A stretch of DNA of 64,000 nucleotides from the NCBI GenBank assembly GCA_017881905.1, contig JADGQI010000172.1, positions 6,841 to 70,840 on the forward strand, in the 5' to 3' direction. The translations under genes were made by a program, and so were the position numbers. Within the stretch, counting starts at the first letter, position 1. Every line of letters begins with the position of its first letter. The notes under the pieces were generated by a model. That model had not been told where the DNA came from. It made no database searches and saw only the letters and a list, made by a program, of their open reading frames with translations. Shown here piece after piece: positions 18,807 to 28,352 of the stretch. This stretch comes from Chloroflexota bacterium (GTDB lineage Bacteria; Chloroflexota; Limnocylindria; Limnocylindrales; CSP1-4).

Positions 18807-19180
18807 TGGCCGTCTACCAGGGCGCACGGGCTCGCCAGACGTTCCTTCCCCCGCGCACCGTCGACACGCCGACGCTCGAGCGTCGGCGAGCCCGCTCCGC
18901 CGTCCGCGCCCGCCGTCGTCCGGGTCGGGTCGGCATCCTCCTCGGGGGCATCGCCCTGGCATTCCTGCTCGCCTTCTTCTCTCTCGTGCAAAGCGTCCGG
19001 GTGTCGGCGACCGGGTACGAGATCGACCGCCTGACGAACCAGCGGACGACGCTCGAGGCCCAGCGTGACGAGCTGGTCGCCGACCTCAACCGACTCGGCC
19101 GCGGCCCCGCGATCCGCAAGCAGGCCATCGACCTCGGACTCGACCAGCTGGCCGAGCCCCTCGTCGTGCCCGCCCGATAG
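18806..19180 (+). CDS. ftsL: FtsL-like cell division protein (single TM plus coiled coil)
   Basis: ORF 18806..19180. TM segment ILLGGIALAFLLAFFSLV followed by a coiled-coil RLTNQRTTLEAQRDELVADLNRL. Located immediately upstream of ftsI. Confidence 0.7.
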   Translation: MAVYQGARARQTFLPPRTVDTPTLERRRARSAVRARRRPGRVGILLGGIALAFLLAFFSLVQSVRVSATGYEIDRLTNQRTTLEAQRDELVADLNRLGRGPAIRKQAIDLGLDQLAEPLVVPAR

Positions 19181-19191
19181 CCGATCGACCG

Positions 19192-21003
19192 ATGCTCGGA
19201 CGGACCGACTCGCGCCGCCGCCTCCTGCTCGTCCTGGGCGTCTTCCTCGTCGTCGGCGCGTCGCTCTTCAGCCGCCTCCTGTGGTGGCAGGTCCACGAGC
19301 ACGACACGCTGGCCGCCAAGGCCGAGCGGCAGACGACGGTCCAGTTCGAGGAGCCGGTCAAGCGCGGGACGATCTACGACCGGACGGGGACCGTCGTCCT
19401 GGCCACGACCGTCGAGCGATACCTCGTCGCGGCGGCTCCCGACCAGATGGACCTGGCCGATCAGCAGCGGACCGGCAACGAACTGGGTCGGATCCTCGGG
19501 CTCGATCCCGACGCCGCTCGCGCGCTGTCCGACAAGATCAGCGCCGACAAGCCGTACGTCATCCTCGCCCATGGGCTGGACCAGGCGGCCGCCGACCAGA
19601 TCCGCGAAGCGGTGGCGGCCGGGGACCTCAAGACGGTCACCCTCGAACCGGAGGCAGTCCGGGTCTACCCGCAGGCCGGCGGCGCGGCCGGGACCACGCT
19701 CGCCGCTCACCTCCTGGGCTTCGTCAATCGGGATGGTCAGGGCCAGTACGGCGTCGAGGAACGCTACCAGGCCGAGCTCGCCGGGACGCCGCGCGAGCTG
19801 CTGGCCGAGCGGGACGTGGTCGGCCGTCCCATCACCGACACCGCCCAGGTCCTCAGTCCGGGCGTTGCCGGCTCCGATATCCGCCTGACGATCGATACCG
19901 ACCTCCAGCTTGCGACCGAGCAGGAGGTCCTGGCCGCCTACACCGCCGACAAGGCCGTCAGCGTCTCGGCGGTCGTCATGGACCCCAAGACCGGGGCGAT
20001 CCTGTCGATGGCCAGCTACCCGTCGTACGACGCCAACGACTATCGGACGATCGCCGCACAGGACCCATCGGTCTTCGTCGACCCGATCGTGTCGCAGATC
20101 TACGAGCCGGGCTCCGTCTTCAAGATGTTCACCGCGATGGCCGGCCTGGAGCAGGGCACCCTCAAGCTGTCCGATCGGATCCTCGACTCCGGGTCGCTGT
20201 CGCTGGACCACGGGCAGAACCGGATCTACGACGCGGACCGCCACGCCAACGGCTACATGCAGGCGCGCGACATCGTCGCCTACTCCCGCAACGTCGGGGC
20301 GGCGCGGATCGCGCTGGCCCTGGGCAAGACGACGGCCCGCTCGGCCTCGATCCTGGCCGGGGCCTGGGCGCGGCTCGGGTTCGGCCAGAAGACCGGGGTG
20401 GACCTGGCCGGCGAGGCCGCCGGTCTGGTCCGAGATCCCGCCTTGAAGCACTGGAGCCAGGTCGACGTCGCAAACGGCTCGTTCGGTCAAGGCGTCGCCG
20501 TGACCCAGCTCCAGCTCGTGACCGCCTATGCCGCCATGGCCAACGGCGGGACGCTGGTCACGCCGCACGTCGTGCTCGGCGTCGGCGACCGGGACACGGA
20601 GCCGGCTTCGCGCGGCCAGGTGATGGCGCCGGCGCTCAGCAAGACCCTCACCGACCTGATGAGCCACGTCGTCCACACGGTCCCGTGGTACGCCGAGAAG
20701 ACGCTCGTGCGCGGGTACGACGTCGGCGGCAAGACGGGGACGGCGCAGATCTGGGATCCCAGGGCGAACCACGGCCACGGGGCGTGGAAGGCCAACAAGT
20801 ACAACTACAGCTTCGTCGGATACATCGGGCGGGGCACGCCAGAGCTCATCATCGCGGTGACCATCCACGAAGCGAAGCCGCTGATGATCGCCCAGGGCAA
20901 CCTGCCGCTGGCGGTCGAGTCGTACGAGCTGTTCCGCCGCATCGCGACCGACGCGATGACGACCCTCGACCTCCCCAAGCCTGCGGCCCAGGCGGGCCCG
21001 TGA
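19192..21003 (+). CDS. ftsI: penicillin-binding protein 2x/3 (FtsI transpeptidase)
   Basis: ORF 19192..21003. N-terminal TM anchor, PBP dimerisation domain and transpeptidase domain are present (603 aa). Confidence 0.9.
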   Translation: MLGRTDSRRRLLLVLGVFLVVGASLFSRLLWWQVHEHDTLAAKAERQTTVQFEEPVKRGTIYDRTGTVVLATTVERYLVAAAPDQMDLADQQRTGNELGRILGLDPDAARALSDKISADKPYVILAHGLDQAAADQIREAVAAGDLKTVTLEPEAVRVYPQAGGAAGTTLAAHLLGFVNRDGQGQYGVEERYQAELAGTPRELLAERDVVGRPITDTAQVLSPGVAGSDIRLTIDTDLQLATEQEVLAAYTADKAVSVSAVVMDPKTGAILSMASYPSYDANDYRTIAAQDPSVFVDPIVSQIYEPGSVFKMFTAMAGLEQGTLKLSDRILDSGSLSLDHGQNRIYDADRHANGYMQARDIVAYSRNVGAARIALALGKTTARSASILAGAWARLGFGQKTGVDLAGEAAGLVRDPALKHWSQVDVANGSFGQGVAVTQLQLVTAYAAMANGGTLVTPHVVLGVGDRDTEPASRGQVMAPALSKTLTDLMSHVVHTVPWYAEKTLVRGYDVGGKTGTAQIWDPRANHGHGAWKANKYNYSFVGYIGRGTPELIIAVTIHEAKPLMIAQGNLPLAVESYELFRRIATDAMTTLDLPKPAAQAGP

Positions 21004-22460
21004 GCTCCGATGGGAGACCGGCGACCGTGACCGACGCGCCCCCGCCGTCGATGCCCCGTCCCACGGACGATGCGTTCGACGACGCCGAGATCGCCCGGAT
21101 CACGGGCGGCCGGCTCGAGCGGACGTCGGCACGCCCGATCCGAGGAGCGGCCGTCGACTCGCGACGCGTCGAGCCGGGGAACCTGTTCATCGCGCTCCCC
21201 GGGGAGAGGACGGACGGTCACGAGCACCTCGCGGCGGCGGTCGAGGCCGGCGCCGCGGCGCTCCTGGTGAGTCGACCGGTCGCCCTCGGATCCGCGCTCG
21301 GCGACGTCGCGGTCATCCGCGTCGGCCAGCCGCTGGCGGCCCTCCACGCCCTCGCCGCGACGTGGCGGCGCCGGTTCGATCCGCTGACGGTCGGGATCAC
21401 CGGGAGCATCGGCAAGACCTCGACGAAGGAAGCGGTCGCGGCCGTCCTCGGCAGCCGCTTCCGGACCCGCAAGAACGAGGGCAACGAGAACAACGAGATC
21501 GGACTGCCGCTGACGGTCCTCCGGCTCGACCGGTCGGACGAGGCGCTCGTCCTCGAGATGGGGATGTACGTCGAGGGCGAGATCGCCGACCTGGTCCGGA
21601 TCGGGGCGCCGCGGATCGGCGTGGTGACCGCCATCCAGCCGGTCCACCTGTCCCGGATCGGGACGATCGAGGCGATCGAGCTCGAGAAGGGACGCCTGGT
21701 CGAGGGTCTCCCGCCGAACGGCACGGCGATCCTCAACGCCGACGACGAGCGCGTCCTCCGGATGGCCGAGCGGACGGCGGCCCGGGTCATGACCTACGGG
21801 TTCGCCGACGACGCCGACGTCCGGGCCGCGGCGGTCACTTCGGACGGCACGGATGGGATGCGGTTCGACCTGCGGACGCCCGGCGGCAGCCAGCCCGTCT
21901 CGATCCCGCTCCTCGGCCGGCATGCCGTCCAAAACGCCCTGGCGGCGGCCGCGGTCGGGCTGGCCGCGGGGATCGCCCCGGGCCTGATCGCGGCTGCGCT
22001 CGGGTCGGCGACCGGCGCAGCGCACCGGGGCGAGCTCATCCGTCTGGGCGACGTGACCGTCATCGACGACAGCTACAACGCCGCGCCGGCGTCGATGCTG
22101 GCCGCGCTCGACGTCCTGGCCGGGCTGCGCGGTCGGCGGGTCGCGGTCCTCGGCGAGATGCTCGAGCTGGGCGAGGAGAGCACCGCCGGCCATCTCGAGG
22201 TCGGCCGGGCGGCGGCGCGCGTCGTCGACCTGCTGATCGTGGTCGGTGACGACCCCGAGGGCGACGCCGACGCGATGGTCGAAGGCGCGCGCGAAGCGGG
22301 CCTCGAGCCCGAACGGATCCTGCGCGTCGCCGATGCGGAGACCGCCCACGACGAGCTCCGACCGCGATTGATCCCGGGCGACGTGGTCCTGGTCAAGGCG
22401 TCGCGCGGGATCGCGCTCGACACCCTGGTGGAGGCGCTCCGCCGGGAGCTCGAACCATGA
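21000..22460 (+). CDS. murF: UDP-N-acetylmuramoyl-tripeptide--D-alanyl-D-alanine ligase
   Basis: 3' portion of track ORF 19065..22460. The rest of that ORF is an out-of-frame artefact across ftsI. DSRRVEPGNLFIALPGERTDGHEH, GITGSIGKTSTKE, and a C-terminus VLVKASRGIALDTLVEAL typical of MurF. The GTG at 21000 overlaps the ftsI stop. An alternative ATG lies at 21051. Confidence 0.85.
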   Translation: MSSDGRPATVTDAPPPSMPRPTDDAFDDAEIARITGGRLERTSARPIRGAAVDSRRVEPGNLFIALPGERTDGHEHLAAAVEAGAAALLVSRPVALGSALGDVAVIRVGQPLAALHALAATWRRRFDPLTVGITGSIGKTSTKEAVAAVLGSRFRTRKNEGNENNEIGLPLTVLRLDRSDEALVLEMGMYVEGEIADLVRIGAPRIGVVTAIQPVHLSRIGTIEAIELEKGRLVEGLPPNGTAILNADDERVLRMAERTAARVMTYGFADDADVRAAAVTSDGTDGMRFDLRTPGGSQPVSIPLLGRHAVQNALAAAAVGLAAGIAPGLIAAALGSATGAAHRGELIRLGDVTVIDDSYNAAPASMLAALDVLAGLRGRRVAVLGEMLELGEESTAGHLEVGRAAARVVDLLIVVGDDPEGDADAMVEGAREAGLEPERILRVADAETAHDELRPRLIPGDVVLVKASRGIALDTLVEALRRELEP

Positions 22461-23452
22461 GGATCGGGACGGTCGAGCTCATCCAGGGGCTCCTGCTGGC
22501 CTTCATCCTCGTGGTCATCCTGATGCCGCCGTACATCCGGCTGCTCCGCTATCTCCGGTTCGGGAAGAACATCCGCGAGGAGGGCCCGGCCAGCCACCAG
22601 GTCAAGCAGGGCGTGCCGACGGGCGGCGGGATCCTGCTCATCCTGATCGTCGCGGCGATCGCGCTCTTCCTGGGCGCGGTGGGCCCGGACACCTGGGACA
22701 CCTTCTCGCCGCTGGCGGCCCTGCTCGGCGTCGGCGCACTGGGCGCCTACGACGACTACCGCAATGCCAAGACCGGGACGGGGATCAGTGTCCGGGGCAA
22801 GCTCATCTGGCAGGTCGTCGTGGCCGTGCTCGCGGCGGTGTACATCCAGCGCCACTTCAACATCGACGCGATCCGGGTGCCGTTCGCCGGCGATGTCTCG
22901 ATCGGTCCGTGGCTGTACATCCTGTTCGCCGCGTTCGCCATCGTCGCCGCGAGCAACGGGGTGAACATCACCGACGGGCTCGACGGGCTGGCCGGCGGGA
23001 CGCTCGCCTTCTCGTTCGTGGCCTACATGATCATCGCGCTGCTCAACGTGCCGCACCAGCCGAATCTCGCCCTGCTCTGCGCGATCATCATCGGCGCGAT
23101 CATGGGCTTCCTGTGGTTCAACGTGCACCCGGCCCAGGTGATCATGGGCGATTCCGGGTCGCTGTCGTTAGGTGCGGCCCTGGCCGTGACCGCGCTGATC
23201 ACCGGCCAGATCGTGGTCCTGCCGCTGATCGGGCTGGTCTTCGTGGTCGAGACCGGGTCGGTCATCCTCCAGGTCGCCTACTTCAAGGCCACCGGCGGGC
23301 GGCGGATCTTCCGGATGTCGCCGATCCACCATCATTTCGAACTCCTCGGCTGGGACGAGGAGAAGATCACCGTCCGGTTCTGGATCGTGGCGGTATTGGC
23401 CGGCCTGCTCGGGGTGACCCTGTTCATGGCCTCGATCAACTCGCTGGCATGA
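22457..23452 (+). CDS. mraY: phospho-N-acetylmuramoyl-pentapeptide transferase
   Basis: ORF 22457..23452. Polytopic membrane protein carrying the MraY signature motifs. Confidence 0.9.
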   Translation: MRIGTVELIQGLLLAFILVVILMPPYIRLLRYLRFGKNIREEGPASHQVKQGVPTGGGILLILIVAAIALFLGAVGPDTWDTFSPLAALLGVGALGAYDDYRNAKTGTGISVRGKLIWQVVVAVLAAVYIQRHFNIDAIRVPFAGDVSIGPWLYILFAAFAIVAASNGVNITDGLDGLAGGTLAFSFVAYMIIALLNVPHQPNLALLCAIIIGAIMGFLWFNVHPAQVIMGDSGSLSLGAALAVTALITGQIVVLPLIGLVFVVETGSVILQVAYFKATGGRRIFRMSPIHHHFELLGWDEEKITVRFWIVAVLAGLLGVTLFMASINSLA

Positions 23453-25026
23453 CGACGATGACGCCGCCGCCGACCGTTCCAGGGCCGACGCTCGAGCCCG
23501 ACGAGCTGACGCTCGACGGGATCCGCGCCGGCGCGCTCCACGACCGGCCGATCGCCGTCCTCGGCCTGGCCCGGAGCGGCGTCGCGCTGACCCGGTTCCT
23601 GGTCGATGCCGGAGCCCGGGTGACGGTCTACGACGCTCGTCCGGCCGAGGCGCTCGGGGATGCGCTCGGCCAGCTCGACGGTCGGGACGTGCGGCTCCTG
23701 GCCGGTCCCGACGTGGACCCGGCCACGGCGCTCGCGGGGATGGCCCTCATCACGACGTCGCCGTCGATCAACCCGGACTACCCCACGACCGAACCCCGGC
23801 TGCGGGCCGCCCTCGCTTCGGTCGCCGCCGCCCGAGCAGCCGGCGACCGCTCCGTGGCGGCGATCGTGTCCGAGCCCGACCTCTTCCTCCGGCTCTGTCC
23901 GGCGACGACGATCGGGGTCACCGGGACGAAGGGCAAGACGACGACGTCGGCGCTGGCGCATGCCCTGCTGGCCACGGACCCGGTGCACCGGGCGTTCCTG
24001 GGCGGGAACATCGGCCGGCCCCTCGTCGAGCGGCTGCTCGACCTCCGGCCCGACGACCGCGTCGTCATCGAGCTGTCCGAGCTCCAGCTCCCGACGCTGT
24101 CCCGCGGGACGACCGTGGCCGCCTTCACGAACGTCACCTCGGATCACCTCGACCGACACGGCAGCCTCGCCGCGTACCGCGCCGTCAAGCGGCGGTTCGC
24201 CGGGCAGGTCGATCCGGCCGGCGCAGTGGTGATCAACCTCGACGACCCGGAGGTCGCCACGTACGCCGAGCACGCCGCCGGGGCGACGGTCGTCGGCTAC
24301 CGGCTCGACACGCCGCCGACCGGCGGGCTGGGGCTGGTGGACGGCTGGATCGTCGCCGACCGCGTCCCACGCCTTGCGCTCGCCGGCGGCAGCGGGGCCC
24401 CTCCGACCGATGCGTCGACGCCCGCCGACGACCGGATCCTCCCCGTCTCCGAGCTGGTCGTGCCGGGTCGCCACAACATCTCGAACGCGATGGCCGCGGC
24501 GGGGATCGCGCTCCTCGCCGGGATCCCGCCGGCGTCGATCCGGGCCGCCGCAGCCGCCTTCACCGGTGTCGAGCACCGTCTTGAGACTGTCGCCACCATC
24601 GACGGCATCCGCTTCGTCAACGACTCGCAGGGGACGCAGCCCGACGCGGTCATCGCCGCGCTCCTGGCGTTCGACCCCCCGATCGTCCTCATCGCCGGCG
24701 GTCGCGACAAGGACGTCGACCTGTCGGGGCTGGGCCCGGTGGTCGCGGAGCGGGCCGCGGCCGCGGTCCTCATCGGCGAGAGCGGGCCCGACCTCGAGCG
24801 CCGGTTCAGGACGTCCGGCCTCCGGCGCACGGAGCGAGCTGCCACCCTCGAGGGCGCCGTCCGACGAGCAGCCGCGATCGCGGCCGAGCTCCGCGGACCG
24901 ACCGCCCAGCCGACCGTGCTGCTCAGCCCGGCCGCGGCCAGCTTCGACATGTTCGTCGACTACGAGGCGCGCGGCCGGGCATTCAAGGCCGCGGTCGCCA
25001 CCCTCGCCGAGGAGGGCATCCGATGA
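23449..25026 (+). CDS. murD: UDP-N-acetylmuramoylalanine--D-glutamate ligase
   Basis: In-frame part of ORF 22909..25026. ATG 23449 overlaps the mraY stop (ATGA). Mur ligase motif GVTGTKGKTTTSAL. Confidence 0.9.
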   Translation: MTTMTPPPTVPGPTLEPDELTLDGIRAGALHDRPIAVLGLARSGVALTRFLVDAGARVTVYDARPAEALGDALGQLDGRDVRLLAGPDVDPATALAGMALITTSPSINPDYPTTEPRLRAALASVAAARAAGDRSVAAIVSEPDLFLRLCPATTIGVTGTKGKTTTSALAHALLATDPVHRAFLGGNIGRPLVERLLDLRPDDRVVIELSELQLPTLSRGTTVAAFTNVTSDHLDRHGSLAAYRAVKRRFAGQVDPAGAVVINLDDPEVATYAEHAAGATVVGYRLDTPPTGGLGLVDGWIVADRVPRLALAGGSGAPPTDASTPADDRILPVSELVVPGRHNISNAMAAAGIALLAGIPPASIRAAAAAFTGVEHRLETVATIDGIRFVNDSQGTQPDAVIAALLAFDPPIVLIAGGRDKDVDLSGLGPVVAERAAAAVLIGESGPDLERRFRTSGLRRTERAATLEGAVRRAAAIAAELRGPTAQPTVLLSPAAASFDMFVDYEARGRAFKAAVATLAEEGIR

Positions 25027-26300
25027 CCGCCCCGACGACGGCGGTCCGCAGTCAGACCCGTCCCCGGCCGGCCACCGGCGGGGTCCCGAAGACGCTCCGA
25101 CGCGAGACCCATCAGCCGGACTACATCATCCTGGTCACCGTCATCGCGATGTCGGCGATCGGGATCCTGATGGTCTTCTCATCGTCGGCCATGGAGCAGT
25201 ACGCTCAGGACGGCGACGTCTTCGGGACGGTCGGACCGCAGGTCGCCTGGGGTGTGGCCGGGCTGATCGCGATGCTGGTGATGACCCGGGTCGACTATCG
25301 CCGGCTGCGGCTGGTATCGATCCCGATGTACGCCATCGCGATCGTCCTCCTCGTCCTGGTCTTCAGTCCGAGCCTCGGCCAGACCGTCGGTGGGTCGGCC
25401 CGCTGGCTCAAGATCGGGCCGTTGCCGGCCGTCCACCCGGCAGAGTTCGCCAAGCTCGCCCTGGTCATCTACCTCGCCCACTGGTTCGCCAAGCGCGGCG
25501 AGAAGGTCGGCGGCCTGCTCAGCGGGACGATCCCGTTCCTCATCGTCTTCCTGCCGATCGTCGCCCTCGTCCTCAAGGAGCCCGACCTCGGCACGTCGAT
25601 GGTCCTGGCCGTGACGGGCCTGACGATGTTCCTGCTGGCCGGGGCGAACCTCATCCATGTCGTCGTCCTGCTGGTCAGCGGCTTCGTCGGGATCGTGATG
25701 TTCGCCCTGCACGGCTACCAGCTCGAGCGGATCCGGGCGTGGATCGATCCGTGGGCCTACCCCGACACGATCGGCTTCCACTCGGTGCAGGGACTCATGG
25801 CGCTCGGGTCGGGCGGGTTGTTCGGGCTCGGGCTGGGGCAGAGCCGGGGCGCCGGTGGGCTGTTCCTGCCGAACGCCAGCAACGACTTCATCTTCGCCGT
25901 GATCGGCGAGGAGTTCGGGCTGATCGGCGCCGGTCTGGTCGTCGTCCTGTTCGTGATCCTCGCCTACCAGGGCATCCGGGTCGCCCTCGCGGCCCCCGAC
26001 ACCTTCGGAGCGCTGCTCGCTGCCGGGATCACGACCTGGCTGTGCGTCCAGGCGTTCATCAACATCGGCGTCGTCGTGGCGCTGTTCCCGATCACCGGGA
26101 TCACCCTTCCCTTCATCAGCGCCGGCGGTTCGTCCCTGACGATCAGCCTGGCTGCCGTCGGGATCCTCCTGTCGATCTCACGCGAGACCGTTGAACGAGG
26201 CACATGGAACGATGCGTCTGCTGATCGCGGGCGGCGGAACGGGCGGGCACATCTACCCGGCTCTGGCCGTCGCCCGGTCGCTACGCGCCAGCGACCCTGA
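25023..26300 (+). CDS. ftsW: SEDS-family lipid II flippase / peptidoglycan glycosyltransferase FtsW
   Basis: ORF 25023..26300. About 10 TM helices and SEDS motifs. The last ~30 codons overlap murG (see findings). Confidence 0.85.
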   Translation: MTAPTTAVRSQTRPRPATGGVPKTLRRETHQPDYIILVTVIAMSAIGILMVFSSSAMEQYAQDGDVFGTVGPQVAWGVAGLIAMLVMTRVDYRRLRLVSIPMYAIAIVLLVLVFSPSLGQTVGGSARWLKIGPLPAVHPAEFAKLALVIYLAHWFAKRGEKVGGLLSGTIPFLIVFLPIVALVLKEPDLGTSMVLAVTGLTMFLLAGANLIHVVVLLVSGFVGIVMFALHGYQLERIRAWIDPWAYPDTIGFHSVQGLMALGSGGLFGLGLGQSRGAGGLFLPNASNDFIFAVIGEEFGLIGAGLVVVLFVILAYQGIRVALAAPDTFGALLAAGITTWLCVQAFINIGVVVALFPITGITLPFISAGGSSLTISLAAVGILLSISRETVERGTWNDASADRGRRNGRAHLPGSGRRPVATRQRP

Positions 26301-27366
26301 GGCCGAGTTGTCCTGGATCGGTGGGCAGCGCGGGCTCGAGGGGTCGATCGTCCGCGCCTCCGACATCCCGCTCCGGCGGTTGGCGCTCCGCTCGCTTCGC
26401 TCGACCGACCGGTCGATCCATCTCGTCCTGGACCCGATCCGGCTGGCCGTGTCGGTGCCCCAGGCCGCAGCGATCCTGGCCCGACTGCGTCCCGCGGCCA
26501 TCTTCACGACCGGCGGCTACGTGGCGATCCCCGTCCTCATCGCCGCGAGGCCGATGGGCATCCCGACCGTGCTGTGGGAGGGCAACGTCGTGCCCGGGCG
26601 GAGCGTCCGGGCGACGGCCCGGCTCGCCTCGGTCGTGGCCGTTTCGTTCCCCGAGACCGGCGCCGCCCTGGCGGTACCCGCGGACCGCTGCTACCTCACC
26701 GGGACGCCGATCCGCGACCTCGGGACGGTCGACCCCGACGCCGCCCGCGCCCGGTTCGGGGTCCCGCCGGGGGATCGGCTCCTGCTCGTGTTCGGCGGGT
26801 CGCAGGCCGTCCGCCGGTTCAACGCGGCGGTCGCCGAGGCGCTGCCGCGTCTGGTTGAGCGGGTGCATGTCGTCCACGTCACCGGCGACGCCGGCTACGC
26901 CGGGGCGCTGGCGGACCGGGAGGCGTTGCCCGCCGAGCGACGCGACCGGTATCGGCCGTACCCGTTCCTGGGCGCCGAGATGACCGATGCGCTGGTCGCC
27001 GCCGACCTCATCGTCGGCCGGGCGGGAAGCTCCACGCTGGCCGAGGCGACGGCCCTCGGGAAGCCGCTGATCGTCGTCCCGTACCCGCACGCTGCGGGAC
27101 ACCAGCGCGCGAACGCCCGGCGGTTGGTCGAGTCCGGCGCGGGCCGCCTGGTTGCGGACGAGGCGTTCGACGCGGCGGCGCTACTCGACGCGGCGGGCCT
27201 CCTCGACGATCCCCAGGCGCACGCCCGGATGTCGGCGGCGGCGCGGGGGCTCGGGCGGCCGGGTGCCGCGGCGGCGGTCGCCGAGCTGGTCCTGGCGGTA
27301 GCGGAGCGCCGGCCCTTCCCGGACCGCGACGCCCTCGACCGGCGCTCGCGCGAGGCGGCCGCATGA
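26212..27366 (+). CDS. murG: UDP-GlcNAc:undecaprenyl-PP-MurNAc-pentapeptide GlcNAc transferase
   Basis: ORF 26191..27366. ATG at 26212 gives MRLLIAGGGTGGHIYPALAV, the canonical MurG N-terminus. An alternative TTG lies at 26191. Confidence 0.9.
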   Translation: MRLLIAGGGTGGHIYPALAVARSLRASDPEAELSWIGGQRGLEGSIVRASDIPLRRLALRSLRSTDRSIHLVLDPIRLAVSVPQAAAILARLRPAAIFTTGGYVAIPVLIAARPMGIPTVLWEGNVVPGRSVRATARLASVVAVSFPETGAALAVPADRCYLTGTPIRDLGTVDPDAARARFGVPPGDRLLLVFGGSQAVRRFNAAVAEALPRLVERVHVVHVTGDAGYAGALADREALPAERRDRYRPYPFLGAEMTDALVAADLIVGRAGSSTLAEATALGKPLIVVPYPHAAGHQRANARRLVESGAGRLVADEAFDAAALLDAAGLLDDPQAHARMSAAARGLGRPGAAAAVAELVLAVAERRPFPDRDALDRRSREAAA

Positions 27367-28352
27367 CCGCCGCGACGGCCTTCGATCCGATCGCCCTGGG
27401 CACCGAGATCCAGCGCCGGCTCGGGGTCAAGACCTCGCGCGACGAGCCGCTCGCCCGGTTCACCACGATGCGCGTCGGCGGACCGGCCGATCTGTTCGCG
27501 GTCGCCCACAACGCGTTCGAGCTGCGGGCCCTGGTCAAGTTCGTCCGGACCCGGGGGATCCCGCATGTGGTCCTCGGGCGGGGCAGCGACGTCGTCATCG
27601 CCGATGCCGGGGTCCGTGGGGTCGTCATCCAGGTCCGCGCCGAGGGGACCGAGGTCCGCGACGATCGGCTGATCGCCGAGGCCGGGGTGCCCATGGCCCG
27701 GGCGGCGACCGTCACTCAGGGCGCCGGGCTGTCCGGACTCGAGTTCGGGCTGGCCATCCCCGGCTCGGTCGGCGGTGCCGTCTGGGCGAACGCGGGCGCC
27801 CACGAGTCGGACGTGAAGGCCATCCTCGAGGGCGCCATGGTGATGACCGCGGACGGGACCGAGGTGCGCCAGGACCCCGAGGCTCTCGAGCTCGGCTACC
27901 GCGACAGCCGGCTCAAGCACCGTGTCTCGCCCGACGCCGTTCCCGAGATCGTCGTGTCCGCGACGTTCCGACTCACCTCAGCCACGCCCGACGAGATCCG
28001 GGAGCGGCTCGACGACATCCGCCACTGGCGCCAGGCGCACCAGCCGCTCGGCATCCCGAGCGCCGGCTCGTACTTCCGCAATCCGCTGGACGACTCCGCC
28101 GGGCGGCTGATCGATGCGGCCGGGCTCAAGGGGACCCGTCTGGGCGGCGCCTCGGTCAGCGAGAAGCACGCCAACTTCCTGATCAACGACCGGAAGGGGA
28201 CCGCCGCCGACGTCCGCGGTCTGGGCGAGCTGGTCCGGACCGAGGTCGCCCGACGGTACGGCGTCCAGCTCGAGCCGGAGGTCGTGTTCATCGGCGACTG
28301 GGGCACGGACGACCGCTGGGTCCAGACCACCGAGCCGGAGGCCGTCCGATGA
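27363..28352 (+). CDS. murB: UDP-N-acetylenolpyruvoylglucosamine reductase
   Basis: ORF 27363..28352. FAD-binding PCMH domain FTTMRVGGPADLF and the MurB C-terminal domain. Confidence 0.9.
   Translation: MTAATAFDPIALGTEIQRRLGVKTSRDEPLARFTTMRVGGPADLFAVAHNAFELRALVKFVRTRGIPHVVLGRGSDVVIADAGVRGVVIQVRAEGTEVRDDRLIAEAGVPMARAATVTQGAGLSGLEFGLAIPGSVGGAVWANAGAHESDVKAILEGAMVMTADGTEVRQDPEALELGYRDSRLKHRVSPDAVPEIVVSATFRLTSATPDEIRERLDDIRHWRQAHQPLGIPSAGSYFRNPLDDSAGRLIDAAGLKGTRLGGASVSEKHANFLINDRKGTAADVRGLGELVRTEVARRYGVQLEPEVVFIGDWGTDDRWVQTTEPEAVR

Noticed and set aside
19065-21000. 5' two-thirds of the 1131-aa plus-strand ORF 19065..22460
   Set aside because: It is out of frame across ftsI, which has clear PBP motifs. 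Only the 3' portion from ~21000 (murF) is real. The same applies to the long upstream extensions of ORFs 44835..47195, 50101..51876, 51833..53707, 54004..55728, 55575..57029, 55922..58282, 58875..60140 and 59207..61021.
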